Assembly (NCBI RefSeq): GCF_963921235.1
Contig: NC_086108.1
Coordinates: 47,494,001 to 47,558,000 of the forward strand
DNA length: 64,000 bases
Reading direction: 5' to 3'
Source of the DNA: Mobula hypostoma
Taxonomy: Eukaryota
Positions 50,023 to 62,499 of this stretch are shown here, piece by piece. The position numbers and the translations under genes are program-made. Every line of letters starts with the position of its first letter. Positions within the stretch are counted from its first letter, which is position 1. Below the pieces are notes generated by a model. That model searched no databases. It was not told the DNA's origin and saw only the letters and a list, made by a program, of their open reading frames with translations.

Positions 50023-50639
50023 TCTAATTTATATTATTATAATACTAAATGATTTGGATGTGATGATAACAGAATCCTTCAAATGTAACACCAGACGACT
50101 CAATAGGGTCACTAGTAAAAGTGCATTACTACCTGGATTTGTGCAATGCAAATAAATCCTCATGAAGTCTAGCAGAAGACCTCTTCAGTTGTCAGATATT
50201 TATCATACAGTCTAAATGCACTGTTGCCAAAAAAACCCACAAAATTAAAGTCAAGCAAGAAGTTTTTTAAAAATATAAATTAAAACAGAAAATTAGAGAA
50301 AGACCTAGAGTAGGCAGTAGCAGTGGGGAGCCTGATGAACTGGTGCTTCAGACATAGAAACTGCATATGATCTATTGCTTTTTGTTTAGCAGTGAAAGCT
50401 CAGCAACTGGTTTTTACCTTCAGAACTTCCACCTGTTGCTGAACTTGTTTCAGAAACAGTTGTTTTCCTTTAGGTTCCAGTGGTTTTTATTTCCAAGTTT
50501 TCACGGGCAACTTGGATTCTCATTTCTAAGGTAATAAAGAAATACTGTATACAAAGATGATCTTTGTTCCTAATTTCCCCATGAGATGGTTATATCAGTT
50601 AATAGCTCTCGTGCTGTCGAAATGGTTGTTGTGGTGCAT

Positions 50640-51132
50640 GTGGTAGTGTAGTGTGTGGTGCTCTCCTCTCTCACTTTCAGCTTCCACCGCTGGCTAGCAC
50701 TCTTGCTAAAATGAGAGCTGAATGTGTAAGTCTCTCCCTGCCAGTACATAACCTCCCCAACAGCAAGCCTCCCTACTGGTGAGACAAGGAAACTGAATTC
50801 TGTTCAGACTCAGGCTGAACTACAGAGGATGAGGAGCAGGTCTGGCCCCTGCACAGGTAGCACGCAGGCCCACTGGCGTGTGCACATGCCCTGGTGCTCA
50901 TGAATCAGATCCCCAGTTACGGGTAAATAGCCCCATTGTCTTGTGGGCAGCTTTGGGACAGACGAAGGCTACGGGAGTAAACCCAGCCAGCAAATCTGGA
51001 GTGGAGTCCTAAGGCAGCTGAATGTCATTGAACATCCTTCCAGCAGCTCCTACAGCCAAGCTGGTGGCAAATGTAATGCTTCATAATGCTCCATACCTTC
51101 CGCCAAGGCTTGTGACGATGGTCAACCAACCA
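50640..51132 (+). mobile_element. Putative non-autonomous retroposon (RTE-like UTR sequence)
   Basis: GC-rich island of about 490 bp in AT-rich DNA, ending in caaccaacca. No clear TSD found; the family assignment is weak. Confidence 0.35.
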
Positions 51133-51299
51133 CTTTCTGTAAAATGATAAAATATTTTTATCCTCCTCTCTGCAATAAAACAAGACCCTTTGTTTTCCTT
51201 AGCCCAATTTTGCCACACAAAAGAGCAGAATTTTCACAAACTATCAGAAGGATCAACCTTGTGACCTTGAGGAGCAGAAAACAACTACAGATTTCACAT

Positions 51300-53007
51300 T
51301 TTTTCTGGTATTCATATTTTATTCACTCTGAGAAAGTTTAACACAAACACAACTGGTATCATGAATTCTCAGCTCTTAATGACAGACAAACACATTAAAG
51401 CCCTAACTGGGGAGGCCAATGAGAATTCTAATATCTCACAGAACTGAAAAGAATTCACATCCAGACAGAAAGGTCGATTCACAAATGTACAAAACGTATT
51501 CCTCCAGCAACTGAATTCTGAAGCAGGATTTCTTAAGCCTAAAGCTTTGAAGATGGCTGCAAAATTAAAATCTTGCTTTTCAACCAATTTACAAATTTAA
51601 CAGATAAATAGATCTATACAGTGGTTTCTAGTTAACTGGGCCATCGGTTAATCGGGTCAGCCACTTATTTGAAACAACTCTTAAAGAAGAAAAACTAATT
51701 CAGGAAAATAGCTGGGATTCCATTAGTTTATTTGAGACACTATGTTGCTTTAATTGGGACAGGAGACAGTTGCCAAAATTTTTAATTAGTGTCATTCACG
51801 TGCGCTTGTGCGGCCATTAAACACTGCACTATACTTAAAGCACAGAGTTTTTAAAATAGCTTCATTTGTATGTGCTTGTGTTCAAAGAGCAGTGATTTTT
51901 GTCACTGATAGTTGGCGAGAAATAAGCAGAAGAAAATTTAGAACTGTTTTGCTCACTGCGGTTTCAAGCATTCAGGTGTGGAGAATCGAGAAATGGTTGG
52001 GAGTGAATATGAAATGATTTCACTACTTCACTAAGTTAGGATCTATGAAGAATTTAAGGTGTCAACAATCGTCTTGAATGTTATAACGAAAAGGAAGATT
52101 TGGGGATGCAATCATTGAAAGAATTGTATGAAGGCAGTCCATTATCTGTACTAGGAGTCTGTGTGGATTTTGTTCTTTTACAGTCAATCTAAAGAATGCG
52201 GCAGAGTACACTGGATAAATTCCTTTGTCAATAAATATTAGGAATTAATACAGTCTATAGTTACTTATTTAAATGATACTTTGTCTTTTTTATGTTTTTA
52301 ACTATTTCCATGAAACTTTGGCTAATTGGGGCATCGCTTAATTTGGCCAAAATGCACTGGTCCTAATGTGTCCTAATTAACCAGAATCCACTGCATATTA
52401 AAAAAGAAACTAATTGATTTCTGTGTTTCAGTGTGGATCAACTTCCCTTTTACCTTGAAAATACAAGGTCTAAGTTAGAAGCTTAAAACATTTCCATAGA
52501 TAGGGTTGGTGTTTACTGGCAGCGCAGTGCTAAATTCCAATAGGAATTTTCTTTTGTGCGATTGCTCGTGGTTTTGAATCATTGCTTAATGAAAAAAAGT
52601 AAAATGAAATAATGCAGTGCAATATATTATTTTAAAAAATATTTGAAAGCTTCTTCCATTAAGCCTCAAAACATAAAAATAAACATTCAGTGTAGGTTAA
52701 GGATGCCACAACACTGCAATGAAAGTACATAACTGCTACATAGAACCAACAAATTATCTAAAGGGAGAATGACCTCTTTATTATTTGGTATTCAAGGTCA
52801 GCTGTACAAATCCATTGATTTATTGGTGAATAATACACTGTGGATTCTTCTTTACAAAGGTTATAATCAGTTTTACAGCGTATTATGCAAATGGCATTAA
52901 TCTCCCCTATTGATTCTTCATCAATGCAGAATCAAATGACCTGCTGCAAATCCAACCTGGTCAGAGGGCTACAACAGTCAATTTGGTCAATGCAGAGTCA
53001 GTAACGT
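51300..53007 (-). other. TRMT1L: Probable TRMT1L 3' UTR with candidate polyA signals
   Basis: Minus-strand AATAAA (plus-strand TTTATT) at about 52819-52824, 52777-52782 and 51318-51323. The site actually used is unknown. Confidence 0.45.
51619..52393. mobile_element. Tc1/mariner (pogo/Tigger-like) non-autonomous element
   Basis: Imperfect TIRs CAGTGGTTTCTAGTTAACTGGG and CCTAATTAACCAGAATCCACTG; TA on the left flank (51617-51618) and CA on the right. Confidence 0.75.
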
Positions 53008-53275
53008 TTATCCAGACTCAGGTTTTACTTCTTCAGCAGGCTGATCCAGTTCAAGTAGCTTTGGAGTTGGATCTTGTGCGGTTTCTGAAAGGGGTTCTGT
53101 TGAAGCATGATTCTGAACACCAGGCTGATTGTCAGTGTGTGTTGGCACACTGTATTTCATCAGGATGGCTTTCAGTTGTGCTAAAGTTGCATCCGTGCGA
53201 ATTCCTGTTGGGTCGAAATGAGTACGACCGACTCGGAAACCAGCTTGTGTGAGGTAGGGCAGAAATTTATTTATC
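53008..53275 (-). CDS. TRMT1L: TRMT1L (tRNA methyltransferase 1-like) terminal coding exon
   Basis: Minus-strand acceptor tttcttgtttctgcAG|G. Translates [47 protein letters not shown]...EVKPESG*, with the Trm1-family GF(R)VxRTHxxPxGxRTDA motif. Adjacent and convergent to RNF2, as in human. Confidence 0.92.
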
Positions 53276-54629
53276 CTGCAGAAACAAGAAAGTTTCTTTA
53301 GGAAAATACAAAAAGCAAGGGCAATTCATGAAATAAATGGTCGCAAAGGAACATATCCTGAACAATAGTGCCAGCAATGACATCATCATCATTAAAGAAA
53401 AGGGTATTTGCAAATATAAAAGTATTTTCTAAGCTTTTAAGCATTCCCAATGCAAATGATCTTTTTTCTTTTGTCTGCATGAGATTGACATGCAAAAACA
53501 TAAAATGAATTGCTGTTTTGTTCCTTGAAATTCTGCAAATTACATGTGTGCATACTGCACGAATCTTTCAAAATGCCATTCATGGTTATTCCATTTACTA
53601 AAAAGGCTTACTATTCAATCTACACTTCTGATATAGATTGTGAATCCCACATCTATACCAATTAAAAAAAAACTCTTTAATCTTTCAGCAAACCTTGAAG
53701 ATTGAAAATGATGACTTGGGCACTGTAGATCAGTATCCTAGCTAACACTCAGAAAATGGTGCTAGTTGACAACCTGAATCTATATATCGCTGGGCAGTGA
53801 TTGACCAATATTTATATACAAGTTAATGTTTCAGATGGAGTGTTCAAAGGACAGCATTACAAAAATTGACTCATAATTCGTGTGTTCAAAGTACATTCAG
53901 CTTTTTCCTTAGTTCAATAGTTCAACAATAAAAAAGTTGTTTACTAAACAAAGGGTGCAGATTGAATCATGTACCATCTTTCTCAATAATATATATTTGA
54001 GGATTTACAAGGTTATCTTAAAAGTTCAAATATCTCAGCTAATTTTAAAAATAATCTTTAGTTAAGGGTCGTAATGTTTTTTTAAAAATGATATACACAA
54101 AGTTGTTCATAATTTCCTGTAACAATTATCCTGAAATAAAATGAGTTTTTGTGTGTGCATCACTAATTTTTGTATTCTTTATTTGAGATACATTCTTGGA
54201 AATACTTAGACATGATAGGTGATTTAAATTTTTAATTACTATTTTATTCTGGTAGATATTAAATGGCATGTCTGGGAGGTTGGAAACCTGTGGCCTAGAG
54301 GCTGAGGAGTAATAACTCACCATGGTTACAGAGTGAAGTATGTTATTGATTACATTGGACAAAACTATTCTGAAGCTGTGGGAAAGGCCAGAATCTCACT
54401 GGAGGGATACAATCAGAGAGCAGTGGGAGGCAACAACGTGTTTCAGGACTACTCTTAAAACATTACAAATGATACATCTTTATTAGAATGAATAAAAAAA
54501 AAATCCATGTCCTGAGGAGATGTACTTGAAGCAGTCGAGAAGGGAGCATTTCTTAAAATGAAATATTGGCTAAAATATGGAAATATTGCAGTTAGTGGGA
54601 TGAAGTGAAGCGTAACATGTGACTGAGTG

Positions 54630-57205
54630 ACTGTCATGAGGGTAAAAGGGGTTAAACACCCTGTGGCCATCCCCCCCAAAAGCAGCTATACCACTTTGGA
54701 TACTGTTTGGGGGGGGGGGTGTGGAGGAGGAAAGTCAAAACATTCAGGATTCTGGCACTGAGCCTGGCTTTGTGGCTCAGAAGGGAAGGGGGGAGAAGAG
54801 ACAAACTGTGGTGATAAGGGGGAGTTGTTAGGGGAACAGAAAGGAGGTTCTGTGGACGAGAATGAGATTCCTGTATGGTACGTCGCCTCCCAGGTGCCAG
54901 GGTCTGGGACATTTTGGATCGAATCCTTGGTCCATATGGGTATCTATGACAGCGGTAGGAAGAGGGACGAGGTTCTGCAAAGTGAGTTCAGGGAGTTGGG
55001 TGTTAAGTTAAAGGACAGGACCTCCAGGGTTGTGATCTCAGGATTGTAACCCGTGCCATGTGCTAGTGAGACCAGAAATAGGAAGATCACACAGTTTAAC
55101 ACATGGCTAAGGAGTTGGTGTAGGAGGGAGGGCATCAGATTGATCAGATTGCTGGATCCTTGTGCTCTCTTCCAGGGAAGGTGCGACCTGTATAGAAGAG
55201 ACAGTTTGAATCTAAACTGGATGGGGCCTAGTATCCTAGTGGGAAGGTTTGCTAGTACCACACAGGAGGTGGGGGTGGGTTATATTGTAGTTGCAGGGGG
55301 AAAGGGAACTAGAGCACCAGAAGAGATAGTGGAGTGGTTGTGGAGACAGATGTTGCTAAGACCTCAGACAAAGTCAGGAATCAATAGGTTGAGCATGATG
55401 AGACTAATCTTCTGAGTTGTGTATATTTCAGTGGAAGGAGTGTTGTAGGAAAGATAGATAGCTGAGGGCATGGATTAACACATGGAATTACAACTTTGTA
55501 GCCATTTTTGAGACTTGGATGCAGGATGGGCAGGACTGTCAGCTCAGTGTTCCGGGGTTCCGTTGTTTAAGACATGATAGAATGGAATGGAATGGAAGGG
55601 GTGGTGTTACTAGTCAGGGAAAATGTCATGGTAGTGCTAAGTCAAGACATACTGGAGAACTTGTCACTGAGGCTGTATGGATGGAACTGAGGAATAAGAA
55701 AGGTTTGACTATGTTAGTGAGGCTATATTACAGACTATCCAACAGTCCACAGGATTGAGAGCAACAAATTTGCAGAGAGATTGCAAATTGTTGCAAAAAA
55801 CATAAGGTTGTGATAGTAGGTGATTTTAACTTTCACATATTGACTGGGACTCCTAGACTGTAAAAGGACGAGATGGGATAGAGTTGGTCAAATGTGCTCA
55901 GGAAAGTTTTCTCAATCAGTACATAGAAAATCCAATGAGAGAGTGTGCAATACTGGATCTATTAGGAATGAGACGGGGTGACAGAAGCTTGTGCAGGGGA
56001 ACACTTTGCATCAAGTGATCATAATGCCATTAGTTTCAAGGTAGTTATGGAAATGGATAGGTCTGATCTTCAGGTTGGAGATTCTAAATTGGAGAAAGGC
56101 TAATTTTGATGGTATCAGAAAGGATCTGACAACTGTGGACTGGGACAGGGTGTTTTCTGGCAAAGGTGTAATTGATAAGTGGGAGGACTTCAGAAGTGAA
56201 ATTTTGAGAGTAGAAAGCTTGTATGTGCTTGTCAAAACAAAAGTCAAGGATAACAGGGTTAGGGAACCTTGGTTTTTGAGGGATACTAAAACCCTGGTTA
56301 AGAAAAAAAATGGAGGTGTAGAGCAGGTATAAGCAGATAGGAATGAATGTGATGCTTATGGAGTACTGCATAAGAAATGCAAGAGAACACATCAGAAAGA
56401 AATCGGGGGGCTAAAAGAAGGCATGAGGTTGCTCTACCAGACAAGGTGAAGGAGAATCCTAATGGCTTCTACATATATGTTAACAGCAGAAGGACTGCAA
56501 GGGACAAAATTGGTCTTCTGGAATGTCAGAATAGTAAATCATGCATTGAGACAAAAGAAATGGGGGACACCTTAAATGGATTTTTGCATCTATACTAACT
56601 TAGGAGATGCTCACAGAGTCTATAGAAGTGAGAAAGCAGGAGCAAGGTCAAGGACCCTACACAGATGACAGAGGAGGAGATGTTTGTTGCCTTGAGGCAA
56701 ATCAGTGTGGACGAATCCCCAGGGCCTGACAAGGTGTCCCCTTGGACCCTGTGGGAGGCAAGTGCAGAAATTGCAGGGACCCTTGCAGAGATAGTTAAAT
56801 CATTCTTAGTGACAGGTGAGGTTCTAAAGGATTGGAGGACAGCTAATGTTGTCCTGCCGTTTAAGAAAGGCTCTAAGGATAAACCAGGAGCTTTAAGTCC
56901 AGTGAGTCTGACATCAGTAGTGGGAAAGCTATTGGAAGCCATTCTAAGGGATTGGATATATGAGTATTTGGATGGACAGGGATAGTTAGCATGGCTTTGT
57001 GCATTGTAGGTTGTGCCTGACCAATTTTATAGAGATTTTTTTGAGGAAGTTACCAGGAAAGTTGATGAAGGCAAGACAGTGGATGTTGTCTACATGGACT
57101 TTAGCAAGGCATTTGACAAGGTCCCACATGGGAGGTCGGTCAAGAAGGTTCAGTTGCTCGGCATTCAAGATGAGGTAGTGAATTGAAGTAAACATTGGCT
57201 TTGCA
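54630..57205 (+). mobile_element. CR1 LINE (esterase ORF1 remnant, APE and partial RT)
   Basis: SRVVISGL, N.WLRSWCRREG, D.LNLNW.G (ORF1); SPGPD, PVSLTSVVGKLLE, DFSKAFDKVPH. Same family as 10236-12980. Confidence 0.88.
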
Positions 57206-59700
57206 GGTAAGGTGGAGTGGCTCTGTTGGTAAAAAATGAAGTCAAATCCTTAGAAAGATGGCATAGGATCAGAAGATGTAGAATCCTTGTGGGAAAAGTT
57301 AAGAAACTGCAAGGGTAAAAGGACCCTGATGGGAGCCATATACAAGCTTCTGTACAGTAGCCAAGATGAGGGATACAATTTTCAACACGAAATAGAAAAG
57401 GTTTTTAATAAAGGCAATGTTATGATAGTCATTGGCTGATTTCAATATGCAGGTAGATTGGGAAAATCAGGTTGGTGCTGGATCCCAAGAGAGGATAATT
57501 TGAAGAATGCCTCTGTGATGGCTTTTTAGAGCAGCTTGTGATTGAGCCCAGTAGGAGAAAGACAATTCTGGATTGGTTGTTGTGTAATGAACCAGAATTT
57601 GATCAGGGAACTTAGGGTAAAGGAACACTTGAGAGGCAGATATCGTAATATGATGGAATTCACGCTGCATTTTGAAAGGGCGAAGATGAAGTCAGATTAC
57701 ATTGGAGTAAAGGGAATTACAGAGGCATTCGAAAAGTGCTGGCCAAAGCTGACTGGAGTGGACATTTGCTGGGAAAACGGGAAAACAGCAAAACAGCAAT
57801 TGCTGGAGTTTCTGGAGGCAATTCAGAAGACACAGGATAAATACATCCCAAAGATGAAGAAGTATTCTAAAGAGATGATTGGGAAGTTAGAGGATTGGGA
57901 AGGATTTAAAAAGCAACAGAAGACAACTAAAAAAATATACAAGTAGTAAAAAGATGAAATGGTAAGATAGCCGAAAATATCATAGGAGATACCAAAGGTT
58001 TTTTTGGATATGTAAAGAGCAAAATAGAGGTGAGAGTGGATATTGGACCACTGGAAAAAGACACTGCAGAAGAGGTAATAGAAGGTAAAAAGAACATAGC
58101 AGATAAACTTACTAAGTATTTTTCATCAGTCTTCACTGTGGAAAATGCTAGCAATATGGCAGAAATTCACGATTGTCAGGGAGCAGAAGTGAGTGTAGTT
58201 GCCACTATTAAGGAGAAGGTGCTTGGGATCTACCAATGCAGATTGGTCACCTGGACCAGACGGTCTAGACCCCAGGGTTCAAAAGGAGATAGCTGAAGAG
58301 ATGGTGGAAGCATTAGTAATGATCTTGCAAGTATCACTAGATTCTGGAAAATTGCAAATGTCACTCCATTCTTTAAGAAGTGAGGTTGGAAAAAAGAAAT
58401 AAATTATAGGCCAGTTATCCTGACTGCAGTGGTTGGAACGATGTTGGAGTCCATTATTAAGGACTTGGTTTCGGCATACTTGGAGGTGCATGATAAAGTA
58501 CGTCAAAGTCAGCATGGTTTCCTTGAAGGGAAATCTTGCCTGACAAATCTATTGGAATTCTTTGAAGAAATAACAGGCAGGATAGATAAAGGAGAGTCAG
58601 TGGATGTTGTTTACTTGGAGTTTTAGAAGGCCTTTGTAAGGTGCTGCACATGAGACTGTTTAACTAGATAGAAGTCAATGGTATTATAGAAAAGATAGAA
58701 AATACAAGGAAGATTTGCTAATCGGTAGGAGGCAAAGAGTGGGAATAAAGGCAGCTTATTCAGGTGAGCTGGTGTTCTGCAGGGATCGGTCTTGGGGCTG
58801 CTTCTTTTCACATTATATGTCAACGACCTGGAGGATGGAATTGATGGCTTGGTGGCCAAGTTTGCAGACGATACAAAGATAGGTGGAGGGGCAGATTGGG
58901 AGAATAGGCAAAGATGTGGCAGATGGAAATTAGTGTATGGAACTGTATGGTTGTGCACTTTGGTAGAGGGAATGAACCTGTAGATTATTTTCTAAATGGA
59001 GGGCAATTTCAAAAATCAGAGGTACAAAAGGACTTGGGAGTACTGTGCAGGATTCCCTAAACAAGTTGAGTCGGAGGCAAGGAAGTCAAAAGCAGTATTA
59101 GCATTTATTTCAAGAGGACTAGAATAAAAGAGCAAGGATATGATGCCAAGGCTTTATAACACATTGATCAGACCGTACTTGAGAGTATTGTTAGTAGTTT
59201 TGGACCTCTTATCTCAGAAGAGATGTGCTGAGATTGGAGAGGGTCCAGTCAAGGTTCACAAGAATGATTCCGCCTCTACTCTCTGGTTTAGAAGAATTGG
59301 GGCGGGGGAAGAATCTCTTTGAAGCCTTTTGAATATTGAAGGCCTTGACAGAGTGGATGTGGAAAGGATGTTTCCTATAGTGGGTGCAAATAGGACCAGA
59401 GGGCACATTCCCTGATTAGAGGGACATCCATTCAGAACAGAGATGAGAAGGAATTTCTTTAGCCAGAGAGTGGTGAATCTGCAGAATTCATTGCCATGGA
59501 TGGCTGTGGAGACCAAGTCATTGAGTATATTTAAAGCAGAGCTTGAAAAGTTCTTGGTTAATCAGAGTATCAAAGGTTATGGGATGAAGGCAGGAGAATG
59601 GGGTTGAGAGAGATAATAAATCAACCTTGATGGAATGGCGGATTAGACACTCAGAGCCAAGTGGTCTAATTTAGGTCCTTTGTCTTGTGGCCCTATGGTC
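57206..59700 (+). mobile_element. Second CR1 subfamily, decayed ORF2 to 3' end
   Basis: Abrupt switch back to APE sequence at about 57206; SPGPDGL, QHGF..GKSCLTNLLEFFE, KFADDTKIGG; CR1 tail near 59690. Confidence 0.88.
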
Positions 59701-60659
59701 AAAAAAGAAAATTCTAAAAGCACATTAAAAATAAATAGACCACATTTCAATTTATTGTTAGTGGCATAGCATTCAGTCAAATAAAATGTAAAATCCATTT
59801 TGAATATGTTCGCAATATAATCACACATGATAAATTTTTTTTAGAATGACTATCTGAGCAAAGTGCTGCATTGCTAGACTCCAAAAAAGGGACATTAATC
59901 TTTAAAGAAAGCCAATACACCTGAATACAGTTGATGTTATGAGCAGCTGCAAAGCAAGCATTACATTAAGTTGAGTGATTTTGGGAAAAAGTGCAGAGAT
60001 AGAAAGAGAACTTCAATTCTTACTTTGGGATGTTCATTCCTCGAATACTGTGCCTATGGATACTGTAGTAGAATGGTGGATGCTCTGCAGGAATATCTCC
60101 TTTCTGACGTTTAGTTGCATTTCCAGGCACTTCAATGGCCTTCCGCTTCTCTGCGAAAATGGAAAATGAACATAGGAACTGAAGAAACTGAAGCATGTGA
60201 TGGTTGTGTGGCCTTTCAAAGCCTTCTCAGCCAAAGATCATGGCTAATTTCATTCTCTGGTCTTCTCCTATTTCCCGTCTGGTTCTCATAACCCTCAACT
60301 TCTCCCAAGTCCAAGAATCTCTCTATGCACCCAGTACCTTCTGCACGACAAAATTCCACACATGTTCTAAGAAGTTCTCCTCATTTGTTTAAAGTGTCTG
60401 TCCATCACTCTTGATCATGTTTTTTAAGTTCTGAAGGCACCAAGGGAGATACGTATCTGGGAAATGCCTTCATTACATCTAACCTGTTCTCAAATCTTAT
60501 GTTTCATTGAGCTCACCTTTCTTTCTGTGGGCCTTCAGAGTTTCGAACCATTCATTGTACAGACAGCTAACAGAACATGAGCAATGTAACACTAAAGCAA
60601 AGCACTCCTGTTATTTACGCAGGGTACAGACCTAATTAGTTCAACAAATTTCACTTTTT

Positions 60660-60955
60660 AAACTGAGTCTTAACAAACTTGGGTTGTTTTCTCTGTATTG
60701 ATGGAGGCTGAGAGGAGATCTGATAGATGTTTATAAGTTTATCATAGATAAAATAGACAGCCAGTACTTTTTTTTGTTCTCCCCAGGGCTGTATTGTCTA
60801 ATACCAGAGGTCACACATTTGCATTTTAGGTGAGAGAGGGTAAGTTCAAAAGAAATGTATGGGGCAAAAGATGTTTTTTTAAAACAGAGTGGTGGGTGCC
60901 TGGAATATGCCTCCTGGGGCAAATACAACAGAGGTGTTCGAAAGGTTCTGAGATA
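60660..60955 (+). mobile_element. CR1 3' fragment interrupted by the following LINE
   Basis: ggaggctgagaggagatctgataga...agagtggtgggtgcctggaat. CR1-like sequence appears to resume near 62304. Confidence 0.65.
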
Positions 60956-60959
60956 GGCA

Positions 60960-62303
60960 CATCGACAGTGATGAAATGCTTTGAGAGGTTGGTTATAACT
61001 AGACTGAACTCCTGCCTCTGCAAAGAGCTGGACCCACTGCAATTTGCCTATTGCCACAATAGGTCAACGGCAGACACAATCTCAATGGCTCTCCACATGG
61101 CTTTAGACTACCTGGACAACACAAACACCTATGTCAAGATGCTGTTCATCGACTATAGCTCAGCATTTAATACCATCATTCCCACAATCCTGATTGAGAA
61201 GTTGCAGAAACTGGGCCTCTGTACCTCCCTCTGCAATTGGATCCTCGACTTCCTAACGGGAAGACCACAATCTGTGCAGACTGGTGATAACATACCCTCC
61301 TCACTGACGATCAACACTGGCGCACCTCAGGGGTGTGTGATTAGCCCACTCCTCTACTCTCTATATACACATGACTGTGTGGCTAGGCATAGCTCAAATA
61401 CCATCTATACATTTGCTGATGATCTAACCATTATTGGTAGCATCTCAGGTGATGACGAGAGGGTGTACAGGAGTGAGAAAGGCCAACTAGTGGAGTGGTG
61501 CCGTAGCAACAACCTGGCACTCAACATCAGTAAGACGGAAGAGCTGATTGTGGACTTCAGGAAGTGCAAGATGAAGGAACACATACCAATCCTCATAGAG
61601 GGATCAGAAGTGGAGAGAGTGAGCAGTTTCAAGTACCTGGGTATCAAGATCTCTGAGGATCTAACCTGGTCCCAACATATTGCTGTAGTTATAAAGAAGG
61701 CAAGACAGCGGCTATACTTTATTAGGAGTTTGAAGAGATTTGGCATGTCAACAAATACACTCAAAAACTTCTATAGTTGTACCATGGAGAGCATTCTGAC
61801 AGGCTGAATGGAGGGGCTACTGCACAGGATCGAAAGAAGCTGCAGTAGGTTGTAAATCTAGTCAGCTCCATCTTGGGCACTGGTCTACAGCGTACCCAGG
61901 ACATCTTTAGGAAGCGGTGTCTCAGAAAGGCAGTGTCCATTATTAAGGTCCTCCAGTGCCCAGGGGTGTGCCCTTTTCTCACTGTTACCATCATGTAGGA
62001 GGTACAGAAGCCTGAAGGCATATGCTCAGTGATTCAGGAACAGCTTCCTCCCCTCTGCCATCTGATTTCTAAATGGACGTCGAATCTTTGGACACTACCT
62101 CACTTTTTAAAAAAATATACAGTATTTCTGTTTTTGCACTTTTAAAAAATCTATTCAATATACGTAACTGATTTACTTGTTTATTTATTATTATTTTTTA
62201 TTTTATTTTTTTTTCTCTCTGCTAGATTATGTATTGCATTGAACTGCTGCTGCTAAGTTAACAGATTTCACGTCACATGCCAGTGATAATAAACCTGATT
62301 CTG
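60960..62303 (+). mobile_element. Rex1/Babar-like LINE 3' half
   Basis: [45 protein letters not shown], ending in aataaacctgattctg. Confidence 0.92.
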
Positions 62304-62499
62304 AGGAAATGGAAGGATATGGACATTGTGCAGATAAACGGGATTAGGTTATCGGGTATTTAATTACTAGCTTAATTAGTTTGGCACAGTATATTGTTCT
62401 ATGTTTGATATCTTACATTTTATAATGACAGCCTTTCCAACCTCACAATTATAAATTGAAATAAAATTAATAAGTCACCATCTTGAATCTTATATATAT

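Noticed and set aside
52983..53252. Plus-strand 89-aa ORF
   Set aside because: Antisense shadow of the TRMT1L terminal exon.
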